Shown here: positions 45,646-55,558 of the stretch, piece after piece | Numbering within the stretch: position 1 is the stretch's first letter | Layout: every line of letters begins with the position of its first letter | DNA from: Cytophagales bacterium | GTDB lineage: Bacteria > Bacteroidota > Bacteroidia > Cytophagales > JAAEPT01 | Assembly: GCA_965267335.1 (NCBI GenBank) | Contig: OZ253953.1 | Location: 1,670,486-1,734,485, forward strand | DNA length: 64,000 nt | Reading direction: 5' to 3' | Notes under the pieces: generated by a model | What the model was told of the DNA's origin: nothing | Seen by the model: only the letters and a program-made list of their open reading frames with translations | Database searches by the model: none | Program-made: the position numbers and the translations under genes

Positions 45646-46704
45646 TCAGTTAATTTCTTTCTTGAAAAATTTTTCTAAAGTTTGAATCTCTGCGTTGTTT
45701 ATTGCTGGGAAATTGGCAATCCTAAAAGACTGGTTGAGCCATTTGCCATATCCTCTTCCTAATAATATATTCTGCGCCCTGGCTTTGTTTTTAATATTGT
45801 TCAAGATATCAAGTTGTGCCTGAATAGCAACTACTGTGGGCGACCGGTGTCGTTGATGATTCACAAGAAGATTGATATCCTGAAAGGTTTCCAGAAAAGA
45901 GTACCATCGGCTTGCTCTATTCTCAACTACCTCGCTGATCTCCGAAATATGTGGAATGCTGGGCATAAGCCTTTTCATGAGATAGATGTTGAGTGTGTTG
46001 GGGGTATGAGTGGTCTGATACTTTTCTGCGTTTTTATGAAGGTTGGTGAAGCTATTGTAGTGTTTGGACTCATTAATGGACAGACCTCGCTCTTGTGCTC
46101 TTGGTGAGCAAATCATAATACCCATGCCAGCTGGTAATCCAAAACATTTTTGGACTGATGCATACCAAATGTCTGCTAGTTCAAAGTCGACTTGTGCACC
46201 CGCCATTGATGAGGTGACATCTACGGCTATCAAAGAATCGGGATAAGAACTGTGGATGTGTTTGATTTGTGACATACTGAGTATGGTGCCGTTAGAAGTT
46301 TCACAGTGGGTCAAGCAAATGACTTCCGGAGATTCCGCGGCTTTTGTGGACAGTGGAATATCCTCATTCAAGTCAAACTCAATTTTCTGAGACGCGGGGT
46401 GCAGCAGTTTTGTATAGTCATACCACCTTTCGCCAAAGGCACCGTTATAGAAGTGAAGACTGGTTTTGGTGATAAATGATTGGGCTATTATTTCCCAACA
46501 CTCAGTAGCACTGGATATAAAGTAAATTTGGTAGTTTTCGGGTATATCAAGTCGGTTTCTCAATCCCAGAACAGCGTCCTTTACAATTTGTACAAACTCA
46601 CCACTTCTATGGTTTAGCGAGAAAACACCTTCATCAATGGCATCCTGCATAAAGTCATATACCTGAGAGTATAACTTTGATGGACCGGGGTAAAATGATA
46701 TCAA
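45646..46704 (-). CDS. serC: Phosphoserine aminotransferase-like class V PLP aminotransferase
   Basis: FYPGPSKL...LNHRSGEFVQIV...IPENYQIYFISSATECWE and the PLP-lysine block ASVQKCFGLPAG parallel E. coli SerC (F.SGPA, SHR..EF, QKN.GPAG). TTG start. It could be a divergent paralogue rather than the true SerC. Confidence 0.65.
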   Translation of the reverse strand: MISFYPGPSKLYSQVYDFMQDAIDEGVFSLNHRSGEFVQIVKDAVLGLRNRLDIPENYQIYFISSATECWEIIAQSFITKTSLHFYNGAFGERWYDYTKLLHPASQKIEFDLNEDIPLSTKAAESPEVICLTHCETSNGTILSMSQIKHIHSSYPDSLIAVDVTSSMAGAQVDFELADIWYASVQKCFGLPAGMGIMICSPRAQERGLSINESKHYNSFTNLHKNAEKYQTTHTPNTLNIYLMKRLMPSIPHISEISEVVENRASRWYSFLETFQDINLLVNHQRHRSPTVVAIQAQLDILNNIKNKARAQNILLGRGYGKWLNQSFRIANFPAINNAEIQTLEKFFKKEIN

Positions 46705-46705
46705 T

Positions 46706-47131
46706 TTATTCCGCTATTGATTCAAAGTGTGAAAGAGCAAGATCGTAACTTTTCAGTCCGAAGCCTGCAATACTGCCGATGCAATTTTTGCCTATTAAAC
46801 TAACGTGCCGGAATTCTTCACGTTGAGCCAGGTTGGAAATGTGAACTTCAATTACAGGGGTGTTAATGCCAGCAATCGCATCAGCCAACGCTACAGAAGT
46901 ATGCGTGTATCCACCTGCATTTATTACGATGCCATCGTATGAAAAGCCAACTTCATGAAGTTTATCTATTAATTCTCCTTCCACGTTTGATTGAAAATAC
47001 TCTACATCCAGGTTTTCAAACCTGGATTTCAATTCCTGGAAGTAGTCTTCAAAGGACTGATCCCCGTAAATACTTTTTTCTCTTACTCCGAGCAGGTTGA
47101 GATTTGGGCCGTTGATGATGAGTATTTTCAT
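46706..47131 (-). CDS. aroQ: Type II 3-dehydroquinate dehydratase
   Basis: MKILIINGPNLNLLGVREKSIYG...INAGGYTHTSVA..DA......P.IEVHISN. Confidence 0.95.
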   Translation of the reverse strand: MKILIINGPNLNLLGVREKSIYGDQSFEDYFQELKSRFENLDVEYFQSNVEGELIDKLHEVGFSYDGIVINAGGYTHTSVALADAIAGINTPVIEVHISNLAQREEFRHVSLIGKNCIGSIAGFGLKSYDLALSHFESIAE

Positions 47132-47151
47132 AATTTAAGTATTTTAACTCC

Positions 47152-48051
47152 GTGAACTGGGACATCTATATTAAGCAATTCAAGGACTACTTAAGACTTG
47201 AGCGATCGCTATCGCCAAACTCCGTAGATGCCTACCTACAGGATGTTGTAAAGCTAAGACAGTTCCTTGATTTCTCCAATTCAAATAAATCACCACTGGA
47301 AGTAAATCTGGATGATCTTGAATTACTCATGGGATATTTACACGAACTTCAAATGTCTCCATATTCTCAGGCTCGAACGGTTTCAGGTATCAAGGCTTTT
47401 TACAGGTTTCTTCTCACGGAAGAATATATCAATGACGACCCAAGCCAATTACTTGAAGCTCCCAAGTTGGGAAGAAAACTCCCGGATACGCTGTCTGTTG
47501 AAGAAATAGATGAACTATTTGCGGCCGTAGACTTGAGTACTCCTGAGGGGGCACGCAACCGGGCAATGCTGGAAACCTTGTACTCATCGGGACTGCGCGT
47601 AACAGAACTGGTAGAATTAAGAATAAGCAATGTATTTCGGGAGAATGGCTTTTTGAAAATTCTGGGAAAAGGAAATAAAGAGCGGTTAGTACCTATTGGC
47701 TCGGAGGCACTGAAGTTTATGTCGATTTATGTAGACGAGATTAGGGTGCATATTGATGTTAAGGAAGGAAATGAGAATTTTGTTTTCCTGAATCGAAGAG
47801 GAGCAAAGTTGACTCGAGTAATGATTTTTACAATTATTAAAAACCTAGCCAAACAGATTGGGTTAAATAAGAATATAAGCCCTCATACCTTTAGACATTC
47901 TTTTGCGACCCATTTGATTGAGGGAGGAGCTGATTTGAGGGCTGTTCAGGATATGCTGGGACACGAGTCAATAACAACTACTGAAATATACACACACCTG
48001 GACCGTGATTATCTCAAGAAGGTGGTTACGCAATTTCACCCCAGAAGCTAA
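47152..48051 (+). CDS. xerD: Tyrosine site-specific recombinase XerD
   Basis: N-terminal core-binding domain (YLRLERSLSPNSVDAYLQDV) and the catalytic RHRY set (ETLYSSGLRVTEL, HTFRHSFATHL, LGHESITTTEIYTHL). GTG start. I recall the aroQ-xerD adjacency being common in Bacteroidota. Confidence 0.9.
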   Translation: MNWDIYIKQFKDYLRLERSLSPNSVDAYLQDVVKLRQFLDFSNSNKSPLEVNLDDLELLMGYLHELQMSPYSQARTVSGIKAFYRFLLTEEYINDDPSQLLEAPKLGRKLPDTLSVEEIDELFAAVDLSTPEGARNRAMLETLYSSGLRVTELVELRISNVFRENGFLKILGKGNKERLVPIGSEALKFMSIYVDEIRVHIDVKEGNENFVFLNRRGAKLTRVMIFTIIKNLAKQIGLNKNISPHTFRHSFATHLIEGGADLRAVQDMLGHESITTTEIYTHLDRDYLKKVVTQFHPRS

Positions 48052-48171
48052 GTCATAATAGCTGGTTTTTTTAACTAAAACATTGTAAATTATAGTAGCC
48101 GTACTCTTACTAAGGCTTGGTTTAGTTTACTAGGAATGTAAAAATCCCCTTTTTGCATAAACATTTGAGCG

Positions 48172-48459
48172 ATGAAAATTTCAACCATTTACAAGAGTTT
48201 GGTGCTTTTGCTGTATTTATCAATCTGTAAAACATCAACAGCACAAACATATGAGGAGGGTAAGTATTATGATAAGCGTTACAATGTCTCCAGCCAATGC
48301 ACAGGCTGTGAATGTAAAAGAGCTTACTGGTATCGGGGCGTAGGTGAGAAGACCGTATGCGTTTTAGCCGGAAATAAATGGGTCGAAAGAAAGGTTAATG
48401 GAACCTATTACTGGTTTAAGTGGGATATTTACAGTCGATGCAATTCTCATAAAGAGTGA
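48172..48459 (+). CDS. Small secreted Cys/Tyr/Trp-rich hypothetical protein
   Basis: 95 aa with signal peptide ...KTSTAQ and 5 Cys in the mature part. No family recognised. Confidence 0.45.
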   Translation: MKISTIYKSLVLLLYLSICKTSTAQTYEEGKYYDKRYNVSSQCTGCECKRAYWYRGVGEKTVCVLAGNKWVERKVNGTYYWFKWDIYSRCNSHKE

Positions 48460-48504
48460 ATGGAAACCTTATATTTCCCGAATGCTAGTACCTAATAAAA
48501 CAAT

Positions 48505-49959
48505 TCAATAATAAATCACCCGTATACTATCATTAGGAAATTTTGCCTTCAACCACCCGTTTATTTTCTCCTCATCTTCTTTCCTGTCCTGGGACTGGTT
48601 GTCATCCAGGTTCCATCGAATAATAAACATATCGATCTCTGTAGAGCCATTTTTAAAATCGGTTACATGAGTCCTCGAACATGAAAACTCACTGATTCCG
48701 GGAAACAGGGCAGCTATTTCTTTTTGAATTCCTTTGACCGGTAACGAATCACTGGCAATCAGGGTTAATTGGGCATTGGCTTCTGTCAAGGAGTTTATTT
48801 TTTCCTCCTGATTGCTGATAATGGCATCCTGCTTTTCCATAAGCTTTTTATATTCTTCGGCAGTATTAGCCTGAGCACGTAGTGCAACAATTTCGTTATC
48901 TTCTCTGCGCTCATCTTGCATGATGATTAATTTGGTTCCCTCGAGTCCATATTCTACTAGTTTATCAAAGCGCTGTTGCTTTTCACGAGCTGTCAACGGT
49001 TCACCAAAGCGAAGAATAACGGTTATTTGTGGTAAAGTGTCGTTGTATTCAATTAATGGAGCGTCAAAAACGGTGTTTCGATCCTGAAAAGTGAATTCAT
49101 TTTGTACAAATTCCTGCGCTCGTATTCTAAAGTGGTCCTGTTTTACGACCTTATAAAATAACCATCCGCTGGGTAGTACAAGCACGAGTGTCAGAATCCA
49201 CATAGTCACCTTCAAGTACTTGTCATACTTAGCTTTTGCAAAGTGCATGACAGGAAATCTCAGATAACGAACTACAATGAGTGTTACCGCTGCGATCAGA
49301 ACTGAGTTGAGTAGAAAAAGATAAAATGCTCCTGCAAAGAAATCCCATCGTTGTGTTGCCAATCCATAACCAGCTGTACACAATGGAGGCATTAGTGCTG
49401 TCGCAATGGCTACTCCAGGGAGAACATTACTCTTTTCCCCACGACTATTGGCGATAATTCCTGCCAGTCCACCAAATACTGCCACCACAACATCAAGGAA
49501 GTGAGGGCTGGTGCGCCTAACCAATTCTTCACTGGGTTCTTTAATGGGGCTGATAAGGAAGTACAAATAACTTGTGGCCAAGGAGATGGCAACTGCAATT
49601 CCAAGATTCTTTAGGCTCGACCAAATCAGTCTCATATCATTGGTGCCCATGCCTAATCCGGTTCCCAGAATAGGTCCCATGAGTGGTGAGACTAGCATAG
49701 CTCCAATAACAACCGGTATGGAATTTACATTAAGTCCAACAGAGGCGATGACTATTGAACAGCCAAGAATCCAGGCGTTTGTACCGCTAAAGTTAGAATC
49801 TTTACGGATGCAGGTTTCAGTGGTCTCGTAATCTGTGCTTGACCTCAGGTCAAAAAGAGTTCTAAAAAACCTGATAAGACTTTGAAAAAACTCTGCCCCC
49901 TCTTTACTGACAGCCTGTTTTGATCCTTCCAGCTCTTCTTCTGGATCCTTTTCTTTCAT
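48505..49959 (-). CDS. DUF389-family integral membrane protein
   Basis: GTNAWILGCSIVIASVGLNVNSIPVVIGAMLVSPLMGPILG and ALMPPLCTAGYGLA are DUF389 (TIGR00341-like) hallmarks. It has a C-terminal soluble extension with a coiled coil. Confidence 0.8.
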   Translation of the reverse strand: MKEKDPEEELEGSKQAVSKEGAEFFQSLIRFFRTLFDLRSSTDYETTETCIRKDSNFSGTNAWILGCSIVIASVGLNVNSIPVVIGAMLVSPLMGPILGTGLGMGTNDMRLIWSSLKNLGIAVAISLATSYLYFLISPIKEPSEELVRRTSPHFLDVVVAVFGGLAGIIANSRGEKSNVLPGVAIATALMPPLCTAGYGLATQRWDFFAGAFYLFLLNSVLIAAVTLIVVRYLRFPVMHFAKAKYDKYLKVTMWILTLVLVLPSGWLFYKVVKQDHFRIRAQEFVQNEFTFQDRNTVFDAPLIEYNDTLPQITVILRFGEPLTAREKQQRFDKLVEYGLEGTKLIIMQDERREDNEIVALRAQANTAEEYKKLMEKQDAIISNQEEKINSLTEANAQLTLIASDSLPVKGIQKEIAALFPGISEFSCSRTHVTDFKNGSTEIDMFIIRWNLDDNQSQDRKEDEEKINGWLKAKFPNDSIRVIYY

Positions 49960-50006
49960 GTCGTGAAATTATGAACAGGACTAAATTAATAAAAACAACG
50001 GATCAC

Positions 50007-50588
50007 TTAGTATTTCTTTGGTGTGCCTTTCAAATAAAGTTTATAATGCTCACAATCCATGTATCCATCCGGGTCGCTGAACTCACAACTTTGGTAACTA
50101 TCACCACCTAAACCACCCTTTCGGATAATGACACCTTTTCCATCACATATAGGGCAAATAAACTTTTCCCCACCTTCACAAGGATCGGGTTTTTCCGGTT
50201 GTTTGTAGATAAGTTTTGTGGTGTCACCGGTTTCCGGATTGGTAACTATTTCGGTTTGTTTTGGCTGTAATAAATTCAAATAATGAATAGCTCTTTTGTA
50301 ATGCTCGCCTTGTTCGCCTCTCAGGTCGATGTACTTTTCCAGAAATGCTATACTTTTCTTGTTGTGATTGCTGAAATAAAGATTTTCACCAAAGAAAAAA
50401 CAAAAGTCATCCGGGAGGACTCCGCTCGAGTTGATGGCCTCTAAATACTTTAGGTTAGCCGCATCATACAAAGAATCCTGAGTAAGGGTCTTGGCTTCTT
50501 CTAGAAGCGTCAAAGTCCTGGGATTGACCTGGGCATTGGTCATACGAACACCGAAAACGAGAATTACTATAGGCATCAACTTATTCAC
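50007..50588 (-). CDS. Hypothetical secreted protein with C-terminal CxxCxGxG zinc-finger-like motif
   Basis: Signal peptide and a helical (TPR-like) N-terminal half. FICPICDGKGVII resembles a DnaJ-type CxxCxGxG zinc finger. Confidence 0.5.
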   Translation of the reverse strand: MNKLMPIVILVFGVRMTNAQVNPRTLTLLEEAKTLTQDSLYDAANLKYLEAINSSGVLPDDFCFFFGENLYFSNHNKKSIAFLEKYIDLRGEQGEHYKRAIHYLNLLQPKQTEIVTNPETGDTTKLIYKQPEKPDPCEGGEKFICPICDGKGVIIRKGGLGGDSYQSCEFSDPDGYMDCEHYKLYLKGTPKKY

Positions 50589-50696
50589 GGGAACAATTTA
50601 CATTTTTTCTGTGTAAGGAAGTTATCAACACTACTTTAAGAGGGTGTGAAAACTTACTAAATTTGAAAGGTTATACCTCTATATAATTCCTCTGCT

Positions 50697-53600
50697 ATGT
50701 ATTTGATATTTGATACCGAAACGACAGGTTTACCGCAAAATTATAATGCGCCTCATACGGACCTGGAGAACTGGCCCCGATTGGTGCAAATTGCCTGGCA
50801 ACTTCACGATAGTAAAGGAAATCTAATTAATGCTGGGAATAGAATTGTAAAGCCCGATGGTTTTACGATTCCTTTCAACTCTGAGAAAATTCATGGTATC
50901 AGCACAGACAGGGCTCTCAAAGAGGGACATGACCTGAAAGATGTTCTGCAAGAATTCGCGGAAGATATAGAAAAGGCTGAACTCATTATTGGGCACAATA
51001 TTGAATTCGATCTCAATATTATGGGAGCCGAATTCATCCGTGGCGAGGTTGAAAGCAAAATGTTTGATACTAAGTCTTTCTGTACCAAATTAGAAACAAC
51101 AGATTTTGTAGCTATCCCCGGAGGACGAGGAGGTAAGTTTAAATGGCCCACGCTTACGGAGTTACATAATAAGTTGTTTGGTGTCGGCTTTGATGATGCG
51201 CATGATGCAGCATATGATGTGGATGCAACCTCTCGGTGTTTCTTTGGGCTGCTTACTCAAAAAGTAGTTGAGCCACTTGGTGGTGTCGCACCAGAAGAAA
51301 TTGAGTACGAGGCTCCAAAACTAGCGGAAGCTAATTTTGCCAAAAAAGAAGAGGCTACTCTCGACATCGATACTGATGTAAAAGTTGACATAGATTCGCC
51401 CTTTGTTCACCTGCATGTCCATACACAGTTTTCTGTTTTACAAGCAACCTCTGAGATTAAAGAGTTGGTGAACAAAGCGAAGGAATTAGGTATGCCGGCT
51501 GTAGCCATGACTGACCATGGTAATATGTTTGGTGCGTTCCAATTCGTTCGAGCAGCACTGGCGGCCGATATAAAGCCAATAGTAGGTTGTGAATTTTATG
51601 TGGCGGAGGAAAGGAAGACGCTACAGTTTACTAAAGACAACCCGGACAAAAGATTTAATCAGGTTCTAATTGCCAAGAATAAATCTGGTTATGATAACCT
51701 CTCTAAGTTAAGTTCTTTGGGCTATATCGAAGGACTTTATGGTATCTATCCGAGGGTAGATAAAGAATTAATTAAAGAGTATAGTAAAGATGTTATCGCG
51801 CTTACCGGAGGTCTGTTTGGTGAGGTCCCTTCTTTGATTCTAAATGTAGGTGAGCACCAGGCAGAAGAAGCATTCCAATGGTGGCATCAAGTATTTGGTG
51901 ATGACTTTTATGTTGAACTTACCAGACATGGCTTGGAAGAGGAGCAGCGCGTAAATGAAGTACTTATTGGTTTTGCGAAAAAGTATGGAGTCAAAGTGAT
52001 TGCTGCCAATGACGTCTACTATGTAGATAAGAAAGATGCTGAGGCTCATGATGTTTTACTCTGTGTCAAAGATGGTGAAGTAAAAAGTACTCCAAAAGGT
52101 AGGGGGAGGGGCTTCCGCTTTGGGATGGCTAATGAAGAGTATTACCTCAAATCTCAGGAGGAAATGAAACAACTTTTTGCCGATGTCCCAGAGGCAATAG
52201 AAAACATTAATGAGGTCCTTGGGAAGATTGAAACTTACAAACTTGAACGGGAGGTCCTACTGCCAAAGTTTGATATACCGGAAGAATTTGTTGACCCTGA
52301 AGATGATAAGGATGGAGGGAAAAGAGGTGAAAATGCCTATTTGAGACATTTGACCTATGAAGGGGCAAAAGCGAGGTACAGCGAAATTACGGATGAGATT
52401 CGTGAGCGCCTCGACTTCGAATTAGCTACGATCGAGAATACAGGTTATCCCGGATACTTCTTGATCGTACAAGACTTTACTTCAAAGGCACGTGAGATGG
52501 GGGTGTCCGTAGGACCGGGCAGGGGATCAGCTGCTGGATCAGCAGTTGCTTACTGCATTGGGATCACCAATGTGGATCCGATTGCTTATGATTTACTATT
52601 TGAGAGATTCCTCAACCCTGATCGTATATCCCTTCCTGATATTGATATTGACTTTGATGACGAAGGACGAGGGAAAGTGATTGAGTATGTAGTGAATAAA
52701 TATGGATTCAATCAAGTCGCTCAAATTATTACCTATGGCACAATGGCAGCAAAGTCTTCAATTCGTGATTGTGCAAGGGTATTAGAACTGCCACTACCTG
52801 AAGCCAATGCACTTGCGAAGTTAGTGCCGGAGCGGCCTGGAATATCTCTGGCTAAGGCTTTCGATGAGGTGAAAGAATTGGAGGAAATCAAAAAAGGCCA
52901 GGACCTCCACGCCATCACATTGCAACAAGCAACAGTACTTGAGGGGTCAGTAAGAAATACCGGTACTCATGCATGTGGGGTTATTATTTCTCCGGATGAT
53001 CTTACCAAGTTTATTCCGGTAGCAACATCGAAGGATGCTGATTTGTTGATCACACAGTTTGATAACTCTGTCGTTGAAGATGCTGGTATGCTAAAAATGG
53101 ATTTTCTGGGACTTAAGACCCTATCCATTATCAATACAGCCAGAAAAATCATTAAGAAAAGGCACAACGTGGACATCGACCCGGATCAAATACCATTGGA
53201 CGATGAAAAGACTTATGCCCTTTATCAAAGAGGGGAGACCAACGGAACATTCCAGTTTGAGTCTCCGGGAATGCAAAAGCACCTCAAGGCATTGAAACCT
53301 GACCGGTTTGAGGACCTAATAGCAATGAATGCTTTATATCGTCCCGGACCTATGGAGTACATCCCGAATTTCATTGACCGTAAGCATGGTCGAGAGGAGA
53401 TCGTCTATGACATCGATGCGATGGAGGAGTACCTGAAGGAAACCTACGGTATCACGGTGTATCAAGAGCAGGTCATGTTGTTGTCACAAAGTCTTGCCGG
53501 GTTTACCAAAGGTGAAGCGGATATGCTTCGTAAGGGGATGGGTAAGAAGAAGAAAGATATCATCGATGCCCTTAAGCCTAAGTTTCTTGACGGTTGTGAA

Positions 53601-54902
53601 GAAAGAGGGCACGACAGAAAGGTGGCGGAGAAAGTATGGTCCGATTGGGAGGCATTTGCAGCTTATGCATTTAACAAGTCACATAGTACCTGCTATTCTG
53701 TGGTAGCCTATCACACTGCCTATCTCAAAGCCAATTATCCGGCCGAATACATGGCTGCTGTATTGACACACAATATGAACAATATAGAGAAAGTGACCTT
53801 CTTCATGGAGGAGTGTCGCAATCTTAATATTACAGTGCTTGGTCCTGATGTAAATGAATCAGGTACACACTTTGAGGTAAATGATGATGGTGAAATTCGT
53901 TTCGGCCTTGGTGCCATCAAGGGTTCTGGTGAAGCGGCTGTTGAAGCAATCATTGAAGAGAGAGAGAAGAATGGCCCCTATCCGGATGTTTGGGAATTTG
54001 GCAAAAGAGTAAACCTGAAAGCAGTGAACAAAAAGACAATGGAGTGTCTTGCCATGTCAGGTGCTTTCGACTGCTTTGACCAATACCACAGAAAGCAGTA
54101 TTTGTACGCTCCAGAAGGCGACCAAACGCTGATAGAGAAAGTTGTAAAGTACGCAAATAGACTAACGGCTGAAGAAGAAAGTAGTCAGGCTTCATTGTTT
54201 GGTGGGGATTCAGCTGTAAGTGTCCCTGTACCAAACGTCCCTAATCAGGAGCCTTTTACTGAGATTGAGAAGTTGAATATAGAGAGAGATGTTGTGGGGC
54301 TTTATATTTCCGGGCATCCCCTTGACCAATTCAAATTGGAGATAGAAAATTTCTGCACCTGTACTTTAGACAAGGTAGATACCTATCGAAATCAGCAGAT
54401 AAGCGTAGCGGGTATTATTACCAAATTTCTTGAGCGCACAACAAAAACCGGAAAACCATTTGGACTTTTTAGTATCGAGGATTTTAGTGGCGGACAGGAT
54501 TTGGCTATGTTCGGAGAGGAGTATTTGAAGTTTCGTCATCTTTTGACTCCGGGAGGGTTTATTTATTTGAAAGGGAAGGTCGAGGAACGCTATAATCAAC
54601 CCGGTCTTTGGGAATTAAGACCGAATCATATTGAGCTGCTTAGTGAAATACGGGATAAGCTTTGTAAGGGCATCAGTCTGAATGTCGATTTACATAGTCT
54701 GAACGAAACGGTGATCCAACAACTGGAGGAACTCTTCAATGCCAATCAGGGTGATGGTACTGTAAAAGTTAAGCTCTATGACTCAGTTGAAAATATGCAA
54801 GTGGAGACCATATCCAGAAAGATTCGATTGAATCCATCAAATGAACTTTTTGATGAGTTGAGTGCTATCGATGGTGTGAGTTTTAAAGTTTTATCACGAT
54901 AA
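50697..54902 (+). CDS. dnaE: DNA polymerase III alpha subunit (DnaE) with fused N-terminal DEDDh 3'-5' exonuclease (epsilon-like) domain
   Basis: 1401 aa. Exo motifs are LIFDTETTGLP, GHNIEFDLNIM and HDAAYDVDAT. Then come PHP (FVHLHVHTQFS, MTDHGNMFG), the polymerase core (GPGRGSAAGS, LPDIDIDF, LKMDFLGL, FQFES, YRPGP) and a C-terminal OB fold. Confidence 0.95.
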   Translation: MYLIFDTETTGLPQNYNAPHTDLENWPRLVQIAWQLHDSKGNLINAGNRIVKPDGFTIPFNSEKIHGISTDRALKEGHDLKDVLQEFAEDIEKAELIIGHNIEFDLNIMGAEFIRGEVESKMFDTKSFCTKLETTDFVAIPGGRGGKFKWPTLTELHNKLFGVGFDDAHDAAYDVDATSRCFFGLLTQKVVEPLGGVAPEEIEYEAPKLAEANFAKKEEATLDIDTDVKVDIDSPFVHLHVHTQFSVLQATSEIKELVNKAKELGMPAVAMTDHGNMFGAFQFVRAALAADIKPIVGCEFYVAEERKTLQFTKDNPDKRFNQVLIAKNKSGYDNLSKLSSLGYIEGLYGIYPRVDKELIKEYSKDVIALTGGLFGEVPSLILNVGEHQAEEAFQWWHQVFGDDFYVELTRHGLEEEQRVNEVLIGFAKKYGVKVIAANDVYYVDKKDAEAHDVLLCVKDGEVKSTPKGRGRGFRFGMANEEYYLKSQEEMKQLFADVPEAIENINEVLGKIETYKLEREVLLPKFDIPEEFVDPEDDKDGGKRGENAYLRHLTYEGAKARYSEITDEIRERLDFELATIENTGYPGYFLIVQDFTSKAREMGVSVGPGRGSAAGSAVAYCIGITNVDPIAYDLLFERFLNPDRISLPDIDIDFDDEGRGKVIEYVVNKYGFNQVAQIITYGTMAAKSSIRDCARVLELPLPEANALAKLVPERPGISLAKAFDEVKELEEIKKGQDLHAITLQQATVLEGSVRNTGTHACGVIISPDDLTKFIPVATSKDADLLITQFDNSVVEDAGMLKMDFLGLKTLSIINTARKIIKKRHNVDIDPDQIPLDDEKTYALYQRGETNGTFQFESPGMQKHLKALKPDRFEDLIAMNALYRPGPMEYIPNFIDRKHGREEIVYDIDAMEEYLKETYGITVYQEQVMLLSQSLAGFTKGEADMLRKGMGKKKKDIIDALKPKFLDGCEERGHDRKVAEKVWSDWEAFAAYAFNKSHSTCYSVVAYHTAYLKANYPAEYMAAVLTHNMNNIEKVTFFMEECRNLNITVLGPDVNESGTHFEVNDDGEIRFGLGAIKGSGEAAVEAIIEEREKNGPYPDVWEFGKRVNLKAVNKKTMECLAMSGAFDCFDQYHRKQYLYAPEGDQTLIEKVVKYANRLTAEEESSQASLFGGDSAVSVPVPNVPNQEPFTEIEKLNIERDVVGLYISGHPLDQFKLEIENFCTCTLDKVDTYRNQQISVAGIITKFLERTTKTGKPFGLFSIEDFSGGQDLAMFGEEYLKFRHLLTPGGFIYLKGKVEERYNQPGLWELRPNHIELLSEIRDKLCKGISLNVDLHSLNETVIQQLEELFNANQGDGTVKVKLYDSVENMQVETISRKIRLNPSNELFDELSAIDGVSFKVLSR

Positions 54903-54904
54903 CC

Positions 54905-55249
54905 ATGTTTGTCAATAAGCCTGGGGCATTAGTCGGTCTGCTTGTGCTAGCCGCTGTAATTGGCTTTCGGATGTATATGAGATACAACCGCAAACCATAT
55001 AACGATACCTATTACGATGACAAGAGGGAAAAGCTCCTGGCCGCGGCCTATGTCATTAAAATTGATACGCTTGATTATGGGAGAGAACTAACCGTTCAAT
55101 ATATAATTGAGAGCGATACCTTTACAGAATCCAGAGTGTTTAAACAGGATACCTTCAGGATAGGAAGTGCATTTTTGGTCTCAAAAAGAGGAAATAATAC
55201 AACGGTTAGGTGGGGTGTTCCGGTAAAGGTCGAGACAGTGGAGGATTAG
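54905..55249 (+). CDS. Small hypothetical membrane-anchored protein
   Basis: 114 aa with one N-terminal TM helix. It starts 3 nt after the dnaE stop. Confidence 0.45.
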   Translation: MFVNKPGALVGLLVLAAVIGFRMYMRYNRKPYNDTYYDDKREKLLAAAYVIKIDTLDYGRELTVQYIIESDTFTESRVFKQDTFRIGSAFLVSKRGNNTTVRWGVPVKVETVED

Positions 55250-55558
55250 AATTTCATCATCAAGAATGTCCATTCTCAGGGGGCTCCTTTTTTGGTGGGA
55301 CTATAGTCACATTGTTGAGCATATTTCCAATTCTGATTAGTTTGATCAGTTTCTCAAAACGCTCTTCGTAGATGTTGGGTTTGCCTTTGAGTGTGATACT
55401 CATACTGAAATATACTTAATTCAATTAAAAGTAGTTCGGTAGAATTCTAAAGTTTAAACCATTAAATTTTAAATTCAAAAGGAGGTATATACCAATGAAT
55501 GAAACGGAAATCGGAATTAATATTTAGACTTTATCATATAAAATTTAATCTTTAATGC

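Noticed and set aside
47152-48051. Tyrosine recombinase as marker of an integrated mobile element
   Set aside because: The sequence has XerD-type core-binding and catalytic blocks and sits beside aroQ, an adjacency I recall as common in Bacteroidota. No tRNA gene, direct repeats, or phage or conjugation genes flank it. The neighbouring small genes are ordinary hypotheticals.
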